Assembly: GCA_038896535.1 (NCBI GenBank)
Contig: JAWACY010000002.1
Span: 91,002-155,001, forward strand
Source of the DNA: Candidatus Anstonellales archaeon
GTDB taxonomy: Archaea; Micrarchaeota; Micrarchaeia; Anstonellales; J096
Direction: 5' to 3'
Length of the DNA stretch: 64,000 bases
Of the stretch, positions 20,801-29,700 are shown in pieces (the first letter of the stretch is position 1; every line of letters starts with the position of its first letter). Under the pieces are notes generated by a model that made no database searches, had not been told where the DNA came from, and worked only from the letters and a program-made list of their open reading frames with translations. Both the position numbers and the translations under genes were made by a program.

Positions 20801-20985
20801 CCATTATAGGTTATCTTACCATCCCTCCCTATTTTATAACCAGCATTTTTCATCTTATTTAAAAGCCAATCATAAACCTTTCTCCATGGTTCTCTCTTGT
20901 ATTCTTGCTTTTTTCTTTGCTCCTCTGCCTTCTCTGCTGTTTCCCTTGTTCGTTGTTCCAGTTTACTTCCTTTTTCTTGCCCCAA
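17881..20985 (-). CDS. giant hypothetical protein (1034 aa), fourth gene of the giant-protein operon
   Basis: Uninterrupted 3.1-kb ORF. N-terminal third is Gly-rich and beta-like (GPYAGITLAPDLLDFRWLAGGKLSLETPAGALNIRSGKF). The remainder is K/E-rich alpha-helical. No catalytic motif found. Confidence 0.7.
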   Translation of the reverse strand: MGQEKGSKLEQRTRETAEKAEEQRKKQEYKREPWRKVYDWLLNKMKNAGYKIGRDGKITYNGKEVVIYDQESRVFVLPIDLLAGPQALAGSGGILLSEGELQKIKELLGGTVYLTKGDLEGLVESLYKSSKNRHANLEDIKNALEEVFINRGTTAITNYYEQRLEAGPRFGVIITPTEKLQPTAGFGVRVEERTIQEIPHPEGRRMQVPTSSSGVAIGAEVPQWNPYVQAEVEEFLAGVSHKFGPYAGITLAPDLLDFRWLAGGKLSLETPAGALNIRSGKFVFTNTQMAAFYILAMYVNNAFSGEYQRDIRARGMIYVETGKSGEIIVYTGEAALEYIKKLGISPLEAAKNVLSSAFDFYKRTAVLADNLLKTEIKIEKTEDLSKHMEIVYKLLIFGDIIRAKGLMERILQALENGKNPLGKNSYVYASLEAFYETLQFASISKLEDISTFGFPPKFIFTLVEQGGEAFKKAWDIIRGQREKEIKELEEEKKQWISYSFYNGDEARKTLREKIAEKMRERYVRLNKLVNLNTLKPEQIREMAAIITYLSTKIDIRNPSSPVFYLSGDMKESDVVEVLVKAVEKLSGISNIEKFKKDVGALIYERKWNYTGDVISALSYSVRRILALAKTYGVSIEEAADYIKLDYRALIDFMFFKVNYGSAAPFMEIKTGIAESFATKFGLDKDNVISKIDNRFREIVKQQYEDEKKARVPLLSPFLSLLGIKEPFTPFHYRFYFNGEQVSLHDFLSKYDSGTINNYINELEKLNNEALEKTKDRINELKEEERRLIEKLKKFNLSERAKYHVLLEISKIRSEIRNAYLSYFEDVLTVLRNLEPIIYYYTPLLEVEDGKLAKEILGESEYEALKKLLGNEGEITRLFNDLYKKLEPTQEQKEAEKEQTEFSSIKKVINLYTSIVNNPLGYIKAVGGKIGQDGVESYFLLVPDSYEAQFLKTAQEMATKKTTSQEFKNQMRDDINDLYNMPGLCFRDFSGRYEEYFNFLRVSAPSIFREQSEQKTFDKLIEDLKALEKKLEEEK

Positions 20986-21038
20986 TATCCCACCATTTAT
21001 TTATTAAAATATTCATTTCCTCGGCATGTGCACAATCA

Positions 21039-24000
21039 TTACCTAGTAGCCTTCAGTTTTGAGATCCTAAAAATGGCATCAAAATATGCTTTCACTACCT
21101 CTCCTGTTCTTTGAATGTTCAGTGCTATGTCGCCCCCATATTGACTTATTTCTGCGGGCCATGTCTCTGATATTGCCATACTACCATACACAACAATTCC
21201 TTGGAGCAGTTCATTACTTAGATCTTTACCAATAACTGTGGCTCTATACACACCACTACCAAGACGCCATGTCTCATCACTTATATTATTAAAAACAATC
21301 TCACCATTCTTGATGCTATAATTTATCTCTCTTACTTCATTGTTGAAAGTAAAATCCCCCCTTACACCAGTGCCACCTGGAGTCATGCCTGGCCCACCTA
21401 TATCATGAGTATAAACACCAGTTGCAAGCCAACTTTTATATTTACTGATCTGCCCAATAATAATATCTTCCCTTTCTTTATTTTTTATCTTTACTCCCTC
21501 GCTCGTTTTAACTCTCTCGCCAAAAGCAAGTTGAACATTTGTAACTCTTCTAAGACCAGTTAGATATGTGTTAACTAAATTAAATGTGCCTGTCATTCTT
21601 CTGGCTATTAACTCATCTGCCTTTTCTCCTCCTGCTCCTACATATTGTGTCCCCCCTGTTCCGAAAAATAGCCACTTATTATCTTCTCCTGCAAGAAAGC
21701 CAAGCCACCCACTTGTAGCATCTTTTTGCCCCTTAGCTATATCTATATTTGTTCCTATTAATAACTTACCACTAACAAACTTCGCCTCTAATCTCCCCTC
21801 TAATGCTCCGCCTGTTATTGTTATCCTCTCCTTGCCATTAATTGTTTTGCCGTTTAAATTTTTTAAAACCGCTTCTCCTGTCTTTAAAGGCCCTAAATTT
21901 CTTGTCCACCCACCTAAAACAATAAGCCTCCCTTCTTGGTTTGGGGCAAGAGCAACAATTGCTGATATCTTATTCTTATCATCAAATTCAACATGCACAA
22001 AAGCATGCCTAACCTCCAAATCCTCTATTTTCTCTCTTCCAATACCAGCAATAGCATTAATGGTTTCTGTATCTAAACCTGCGTATGAAAGAAATTGCAA
22101 AACAGTCTTAGGATCTCCTTCTTTTTCTCCATTAACTATCAAAAGGTAATCCCTTAAAAAATACGTAAGAGCTGCTTGTAAACGCCTCCTCCCCTCATTA
22201 AAGTTGTTTATAATACCAAATTGAAAATCAGTACCAAAACTTTGAAGAGTTTCTATTTGTTTTTTTAATAGTGGATCACCTAGATCCTCATTTATTGTTC
22301 TCACAGAATACCCTAATGCTGCTAAAGCAATTGGTGCATTCCTGTATGGATTTGTATATTGAAATTGTGCTCCATATTCTAACTGTACTTTTTTAGGTGT
22401 CCAATGCTTAGTGACTTTATCAACAAAACCTTTTGCTTCCCAATTTGTTGTTCCTGGGGGCGCACTTATCCCACTAATATATACGCCCCGTCTTCCCATT
22501 ACGTCATAAATTTTACCTACGAAGATACTATAATTCCTTTGATCAAGATAGGATAAACCACCTAAGCCACCACCACCAATTGGTAAGTTCTGCCCAATTA
22601 AAAAACCGCCCCATTGATTAACCTGAAGTGCTGGGGCTGCTACAAAACCATCAATACTTGGTTTATTATGCAAGGCTATAACAAGACCATCTAGACTAGC
22701 CAGAGTTGTTCCCTTTGTTTCTCTTCCTCCTTGCACACCAGTTTCAATCACCAATCCCTGCGCCTTTGCCAAATTCCCCTCCTTTGCCTTTTCCCTTACC
22801 CCTAAGTTATTAAGATAATTTATATACTCCTTTGCTTGTTCTTGTGGTACATAAAAGTATCCTGCTTCTGCATAAGTTCCATTTGGTTGTCTATAAAAAA
22901 TTCTTGCTTTATACTCTCCTTTCTCTATTTCCCCTCCTTTTGTTTTTTCGAAAACAAGGCCAGTTTCAACACCAGTCGGTAATAATAAATTCAACTTGTC
23001 CAAAGTTGTTAATTCTTTTGGCCCTTTATAAGATGCGTTGGCTTCAACAGTCCACAAAGTATTCCCGTCGTTGAGATTCACTCTTTTAAATCTTCCCTCT
23101 GCTATTGTTACTGCCCCCGAATCACTTGAGCCCCCGCCACCACTCAACTCAGCTTCTGTTCTGGTTATGCCTGGAAAGGCCCGTTGAATGTAGCTAAGTC
23201 TTCCGCTGAAATATCTACTCCATTGTCCCTCGCCATTTCTTTCCGCTCTGTAAGTACCGCCAAACGTTCCTTCAATAACTTTAAATGTCAGAGGTCCTTC
23301 AATTGGCAAATACTTGCTCAATATCTTGTTTAATTTACTATAATCAAATGTAAAATAAGGCAAGATTAATTGCAATGCTGGTGTGGTTAAATTAAATTCC
23401 AACATTTCTCCGTTTTCTATTGTTTTTCTGAGTTCTTCAAATGTTTTTGGTAGTGCAGTTGGTATTTCGCCAGGAAGAAGATAACCATGAAGAGAATTAT
23501 ACACGGTTCTTGGAAGGTTGATATTGATCTTTAAATCTGGTATATTTACAGTAAAACCTTGTTGTTCTGTTTGTGTTATTTTTATTTTAAAAGTTTCTAA
23601 GCCAGTAGTCTGGTCTCTTTCAACTTTAAGATTTTCCATTTTTATATCTTGAATGGTTGGAAATATTTTATTTAATTCAGTTCCGACTTCACGCAGAAAA
23701 TTTATTGCGCCTGCTGTATAATTACTTTCATATAATGCCTGCGCACTACCTAAAATCAAAGACAACCCATGGCTAAGTATCTCAGTGTTGCCTTGTTTGC
23801 TTACAAAGGGCGTTAGATAAACTGCAGCAGCAAAATGCAGCTCAGGGCGTATCATAGAAAGATTCTCAATAAAAATCCTTAATTTTTCTCCTTCTACTGT
23901 CTTAAGAAATTCTCTAATTTTACTCATCGTTATACGTTCAGGGTCTCCGCCAAGCAAGGAAGCGGCATGCTTGGCTATATAAATTTGTGCGTAGTAATTA

Positions 24001-24833
24001 AGTAGCGCGAACTGTTTCTGTGTTGTCGTATTAGATCCTAAGGCCTCAAAGAATTTATTTCTAATTTCTAAATCTTTTGCCAAATTTTCATCACCATAGG
24101 GCAATATGAATTTTCTCAGTTCTGCCATTTGTTTCTCATTTTCAATTTCAATTTTGCCGTCATAATAAGCAAAAATGTCAGCTATAGCAGTTTGTCTTCT
24201 TCCATAAAATGTTGATAGAATTCTATGGAACAGCGTTCTTGTATCAAGATTGAGATTACTCAAAAGATCTTCGAAATCCTTGAGATCTCCATCTTTCCTT
24301 TTAATCTTTTCTTCTAGAACTTTCTCTAATTTTTCTCCTAATAGCCTTTTGTATTTAGTTTCAAGTTTTTTTAGGTTACCCCAAACTTCTTCTAATCTCT
24401 TTATAAAATCATCAATCTTTCCTCTTACAGTTTTTGCGTCTGCATCGGGGGGAATATTTAGAAAACAATCCGCATAAGCATCCTCTATTATTTTAGCCTG
24501 GGAGGTTAATTCATTTAATAATTTCTTATATTCTTGTATGAGCTCCCTTTCCTTCTCTGAAAAAAAGTCTAGATTAAGTTTACTTAAATATTGAACAAAC
24601 TCATTTAATGTTCTGTAGTTCAAGGCGTATTGGGTATATTTAGGCACTTCTTCCTCTATTTTCTGTGGAGCCTTCATATTAAATAGAAGCGTTAAACCCA
24701 TTACTACGCTCTCTCTTTGCTTCTGCGCCTCATTTGCTGTTTCTATTGCTCTTCTTTTTCCTTCTGTTAGTTCTTCTGTTAGTTGTGGTGTTTCTTTTTT
24801 TCCGACCGGACTTTTTTCTTGTGTGGCTGGCAT
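21039..24833 (-). CDS. giant hypothetical protein (1264 aa), third gene of the operon
   Basis: Uninterrupted 3.8-kb ORF. N-terminal 600 aa are helical and K/E-rich, C-terminal 650 aa are Gly-rich (GGGGLGG, GGPGMTPGGTGVRGDF). No Walker motif or protease motif seen. Confidence 0.7.
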   Translation of the reverse strand: MPATQEKSPVGKKETPQLTEELTEGKRRAIETANEAQKQRESVVMGLTLLFNMKAPQKIEEEVPKYTQYALNYRTLNEFVQYLSKLNLDFFSEKERELIQEYKKLLNELTSQAKIIEDAYADCFLNIPPDADAKTVRGKIDDFIKRLEEVWGNLKKLETKYKRLLGEKLEKVLEEKIKRKDGDLKDFEDLLSNLNLDTRTLFHRILSTFYGRRQTAIADIFAYYDGKIEIENEKQMAELRKFILPYGDENLAKDLEIRNKFFEALGSNTTTQKQFALLNYYAQIYIAKHAASLLGGDPERITMSKIREFLKTVEGEKLRIFIENLSMIRPELHFAAAVYLTPFVSKQGNTEILSHGLSLILGSAQALYESNYTAGAINFLREVGTELNKIFPTIQDIKMENLKVERDQTTGLETFKIKITQTEQQGFTVNIPDLKININLPRTVYNSLHGYLLPGEIPTALPKTFEELRKTIENGEMLEFNLTTPALQLILPYFTFDYSKLNKILSKYLPIEGPLTFKVIEGTFGGTYRAERNGEGQWSRYFSGRLSYIQRAFPGITRTEAELSGGGGSSDSGAVTIAEGRFKRVNLNDGNTLWTVEANASYKGPKELTTLDKLNLLLPTGVETGLVFEKTKGGEIEKGEYKARIFYRQPNGTYAEAGYFYVPQEQAKEYINYLNNLGVREKAKEGNLAKAQGLVIETGVQGGRETKGTTLASLDGLVIALHNKPSIDGFVAAPALQVNQWGGFLIGQNLPIGGGGLGGLSYLDQRNYSIFVGKIYDVMGRRGVYISGISAPPGTTNWEAKGFVDKVTKHWTPKKVQLEYGAQFQYTNPYRNAPIALAALGYSVRTINEDLGDPLLKKQIETLQSFGTDFQFGIINNFNEGRRRLQAALTYFLRDYLLIVNGEKEGDPKTVLQFLSYAGLDTETINAIAGIGREKIEDLEVRHAFVHVEFDDKNKISAIVALAPNQEGRLIVLGGWTRNLGPLKTGEAVLKNLNGKTINGKERITITGGALEGRLEAKFVSGKLLIGTNIDIAKGQKDATSGWLGFLAGEDNKWLFFGTGGTQYVGAGGEKADELIARRMTGTFNLVNTYLTGLRRVTNVQLAFGERVKTSEGVKIKNKEREDIIIGQISKYKSWLATGVYTHDIGGPGMTPGGTGVRGDFTFNNEVREINYSIKNGEIVFNNISDETWRLGSGVYRATVIGKDLSNELLQGIVVYGSMAISETWPAEISQYGGDIALNIQRTGEVVKAYFDAIFRISKLKATR

Positions 24834-24863
24834 AGAAAAATTTGAATAAATGAGTTTAAAAAT

Positions 24864-26711
24864 CTATATGAAATACTTGCAAGGAGAATTTAAAAGCGTT
24901 AGATTAATATCGCACTTATAGTCTAATTCTTTCGTTGCTCCGCCTATATTTCTTTGCACATTTTCTATTGTTAAATTAATTGTATAACTCTTTTTTTCGT
25001 CTTCACGCATATTATTAAAACCGTCCCTTGATGCTGTGGCATTAAATAGCATATAAGCTTGTTTTGGTTGAGATGTAGTCGTGTCGTTAACAATACTTAT
25101 TAATGCTGATAATTCAGCCAATAAATCACTGCCATCTTTAACCCCATACTTAGGAGCATTATCACAGCTCAAATATCTGTTTTGAGATATGTCAAAACCG
25201 CAAAATATATAACTGTATTTAAGAGTGCCGGGCAGCAATATAACTTTAACCGGCTGAGGAGAGCAAGCCAAAGATCCCATGCAATAAAACACCCTACTCT
25301 TATTGTTATCATCCTCATTGCTTTCAGCTATACTATTTTCAGGATCAGCACTCGTATTTACCTCTATTATTTTAAATTCATCTTCGCATATTAAATTGAA
25401 TTTTACTATATTATTATCTGGTGATAGCTCATATTTATCCTCTATTATTGTGCTTTGTGTTTGTGTTGTTTCTTTAATTTTCAATGATAAATTTGCTTTT
25501 CCTTGTGGCGGGAAATTTTCAAAAATAATCGATGCATTACACTCATAACTTCTGCCTTGGCCTATTTCATTGCCATTAAATGGGCATGATATGTCTGATT
25601 TTAAGTTTGGTGTCAATATATTTACTGTTATTTGTGTAGTTATTGTATAACCACTACACCCAGATTCTAATGATTGAATTGTAACATTAAATGTCAGGCT
25701 TGCTGGCATTGGTTGATTGCCATTATAATTTAAATCCCCTGTTACATCAGCACTACTGCCACTAGCTATTTCCACCTGATTATCAAGAGAAAAAGCGAAA
25801 TTATTATCATTAGGCACTACAGATATAACTTTTATCTTCTCTTCTCCATTATTTGTGACTTTTATTGTAACTTTTGTAGGGTTTCCAGTATATACAATTC
25901 CATTACTTGATAACTGAACATTTATTAATTTACAATATGGCACATTAACCGGCAAGCTTATTGAGTAAGCATCTGTAGGTTGCCTGAAATATCTTATTCC
26001 TTCCCTAAAAGAAAAATAAGTATCATTCATATCAACAAGTAAGACACAAAAATAATTGGCATTTGCATTTATTGAATTTGGATTATTACTTATTGTGAAA
26101 GTTTTGGCAAAACTATTGCCTGATTCGCCACTTATAGATTGATAATAATTGTTAACAGATATATCCCCATGACAATACATTACTGCTGAACCATTTGAGA
26201 CTTTCCAGTTATTATCATTATTATAATATTTAACATTTACTTGCCTCCCGTTTGAAATTGAGAAAGCACATGAACCAGTTTTATTAAAATAATAATAACC
26301 AACGCCATTACCAAAATCTGTTTTACAATTGTTTGATGCGTCGAATGGAAGCGAGCCTTGTTGGATAAAATTTACTGTTAAATTTTGCAATCCGGGCCCA
26401 GTTCCGCCAGTCGAGCCAAATGAAGAGCTTGTTGATGATATTACATCACCAGTAGGCCAAAACTTTAAAGTTAGGTTTGCTAAAACGTTAAATGGTTTAT
26501 TTGGTATTACTTTTTGAACTCTTACACCATTTTGATAAAAATCAACTGAAAAGTTAAATAACCATGAAATTGGAGCAATTAAATCAAAATTAGTTTGTTG
26601 CCCTGAACGAGGAGCATTTCCTGCCTTATATAAGTCACTTCCAGATTGTGATGTTTGTGCACTAAAAACAATTGTTAAAATTAAAAATAAAAAAAATATT
26701 TTTTTTATCAT
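24864..26711 (-). CDS. secreted Cys-rich, N-glycosylation-sequon-rich protein (615 aa) with signal peptide, second gene of the operon
   Basis: MIKKIFFLFLILTIVFSAQTSQ is a typical signal peptide. More than 25 N-x-S/T sequons and about 20 Cys. KVTIKVTNNGEEKIKVISVVPNDNNFAFSL resembles CARDB-like beta-sandwich adhesion domains. Confidence 0.7.
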   Translation of the reverse strand: MIKKIFFLFLILTIVFSAQTSQSGSDLYKAGNAPRSGQQTNFDLIAPISWLFNFSVDFYQNGVRVQKVIPNKPFNVLANLTLKFWPTGDVISSTSSSFGSTGGTGPGLQNLTVNFIQQGSLPFDASNNCKTDFGNGVGYYYFNKTGSCAFSISNGRQVNVKYYNNDNNWKVSNGSAVMYCHGDISVNNYYQSISGESGNSFAKTFTISNNPNSINANANYFCVLLVDMNDTYFSFREGIRYFRQPTDAYSISLPVNVPYCKLINVQLSSNGIVYTGNPTKVTIKVTNNGEEKIKVISVVPNDNNFAFSLDNQVEIASGSSADVTGDLNYNGNQPMPASLTFNVTIQSLESGCSGYTITTQITVNILTPNLKSDISCPFNGNEIGQGRSYECNASIIFENFPPQGKANLSLKIKETTQTQSTIIEDKYELSPDNNIVKFNLICEDEFKIIEVNTSADPENSIAESNEDDNNKSRVFYCMGSLACSPQPVKVILLPGTLKYSYIFCGFDISQNRYLSCDNAPKYGVKDGSDLLAELSALISIVNDTTTSQPKQAYMLFNATASRDGFNNMREDEKKSYTINLTIENVQRNIGGATKELDYKCDINLTLLNSPCKYFI

Positions 26712-26723
26712 TTTTTCACTTTA

Positions 26724-29700
26724 TTATGTAGATTCAGCATTCTTAAATAATTCTTCTGCCATTTCTTCTGGATCTCTTGTTATTGTTCTCCCCCATGCAT
26801 CTACATCTTCTGTTCTTAAACCTATCTGTTCTAAAAGCCAATTAACTGCCCTCTCTGCTCCAGACACAATAACTGTAAGTATTGGGACAAAGTAAGGGCC
26901 TACTTGAATAACAGAAATGCTAGGGTTAACAGACCAGTTCTCTCGCTCATAACTAACTGTATAAGTATTTATTAATCCCACTGATGGAATTGGGCTCCTT
27001 GCCCAAGATAAACCAAATTTTCCACCGCCAATTGCATAACTAGCTCCTGCTCCCCACATTAAACCGGCGCTGCTAAAACCAACAAATGGAGAAACAGTTA
27101 AATCTCCTAATCTAACATATGGGGACAGAGCAGCCATTCCATAAATAGCGAGGGCATTAGTTGCACTAGCACTAAGAAGCCAGGCAAGTCCAACATTCTC
27201 ATTCCCAAATATTGGGAATGCAGTACTTATTCCAACTCCGGGATTTACAAATTTTCCATTAACAAACATAATTTGTGGCTGAATAGTAAATGGCCCCTCA
27301 CGAAACTCTAAGCCAACAATTGCTGTCCTTCTCAATCTATCAGCAAATAATTTTTGCTTTTCTTTTAATGTTAATTCTCTTGGCCTCTGCTCTCTTACCT
27401 CTTTTATTATTGGTTTAATCTTCTCTTGGTCTTTTTTATCAAATTCAAGCCCGCCTAATTTCTGGCCATTACTGTCTTTTACTTCAATAAATATTTTATC
27501 ATTTGTTTCTGTTACTGTATAATTATAATTCCTAAGATTGTGAGCCACATTTTTAAGTCCTTCTTTTGTATTTTCTCCTATATTAGGTATCTGATCGATC
27601 TGATCATCGGTTGGCACATTAACGACCCAATTACCATTTTGCTTCGTGAGAGTTAAATTTTGCTGTAATTTCTTTATTGCTTCTTCAGCAAGGTTGCCGC
27701 CTACATCAGAAGGTAATATTGAACGAAATTCCGTCAAAGATATTTCATAACCAACAACTTCTGTTCTTATTATTGATTCCGTTGCTGTTGTTGGTAGGCT
27801 AACTACTGGCACAACTGGAAGGAGTGTTAAGTCTGGCTTTCTTGGCTGAATAAAAATTGGTGTTCCTACATTATCTATCATACCATAAAATTCTACTTTT
27901 GGCAGTTGCGGAGCTCTACTAACACTTTCTGAAGGAACAGGCATAGTTATAGAAAATTCTCCTCCCCACCTTGAAACGCTGCCATAACCAAGCTCAACAT
28001 CGCCATTCAATACAAAATAGTTGCGCCATATAAGTGCATCTTTTTTGTTATCCTCTTCTTTTTCATTCTTTTGTGATAGCATTAAAATTGCCATACTGGC
28101 ACTTGATGCCATTATTATATTTTCTCTATCATTTTCTGGTGTCAGGACAAGCCTATCATTTTTCGTTACTAATATATCATCTTTTGCGGCTGCGTTAACT
28201 GTTACATTCCCTCTATTATCAACATTAACTCTATAAACTGTTATTCTTTCACCATTTGGCTTTAAGATATCTATGTTATAAGTTCCGGGCTTTAAATTTT
28301 TTGCTTTAATTGTCTCTTGAATATTTTCAATCTTTTGTTGACTGCCAAACACATTTCTGTTTATATTGATGCCTTCTGTTGCTTTTTGCCATCCAGCTAT
28401 CCAATTTTGAGCATTAAATGCATTTCCAACCAGATCTTCAAATGGATATTCAACTGCCTGTATTGCAAACAAAACTGCTGCAGCATCTTCAACCGATATT
28501 TTATTACTAAGGCCAAGTTCTTGTATCAATTTTCTTGCACTATCTCTTAAGTTATTCTTTTCTGTATCAGACATGGAATCAAAAATCCTTTGTGTATTAT
28601 TCAGAAAGTAATCAAAAACCGCGTTATATCTCCTCCTATATACTTCATTAGCTTCTTCGCTTACATAACCAAAATACCTTCTTATAACAAATTCTTTTAG
28701 GCCATTCAAATCATTTACTCTGCTGCCTTTAGCATATTTAACAATCCAAGCAACAGATGGATAATAGCCAAGAAATTCTTGGCTGTATTCATAACTTGCT
28801 GTTATACTATAACCTTTACCTTTCTTCTTTTCTCCTGCTGGTTTATAATATACTCTTGTCTCTGTTGCCCCTTGTGGTGGTTGTGGCTGCAGTGGTGATT
28901 CAGGTGGTTTTTGTTCAACTTCAACATACTTAACCGGTAGCTTTGGTTGTATGCTTTCTACAAGTTTTAGAATACGCAAACCCTGCTTTTGCTCTTCTGA
29001 TCCTTTAGCAAAATATTCGTTTTTATTAAGCTCTTCATTAAAAGCAGAAATCTCATTATCGGTTTTTAAATGCTCCTTTATAATATTAAGCACATCGACC
29101 TTTTCATTATCAGGCAACTGCTTATTCATAATTTGTATTAATGCTATTCTCCTGATTAAAGGCTCTAAAAACAAGGGCATAAAATCTTCTTCTATCCCTA
29201 CTCTTTTTGCCAGTGAAACAAGCTCACTCCTTATATCATTATCCTCTTTCTTTAACTGTTCTATCTGTGCAATAACATCTTTTAGATTAACATTATTCTT
29301 CAACATAAATACAACATCATTTATATCATAACCATAATCCCATAATAAACTTTTTACATCTTCCTCATTATTTTCATTGATAGTAATATTTTTTTGTTTT
29401 AATTTTTCTTTTATTTGCTGCCACACAACATCTGACCATTTTTCTTTTATTTTGTCTTCCAGATATTCGTTAAAATCTCTATACTTCATGCTTCTTAAGT
29501 TAATACTTTTTTCATACCAGTCTTCATCCAAAAGTTCAGCAACAAATGATAAATATTCATCCGCTGTCATTGAATTCATTATTTGAGTCAAAAAATTTTG
29601 CCTTCTCATAGAAACAATTGAAAATGCTTCTCTATCCCCTGCACTTCTATATGATAATCTTTCTTGAATAAGAATTAAAGCAAATTGGTTTGCAACTGTC

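Noticed and set aside
21568-22149. 193-aa plus-strand ORF inside the 1264-aa giant gene (similarly 55485-56282, 53601-54053, 7122-7673, 17236-17537, 59387-59848)
   Set aside because: All lie antisense to long, motif-supported genes and translate to Pro/Ser/Leu/Phe-rich low-complexity peptides. Treated as spurious.
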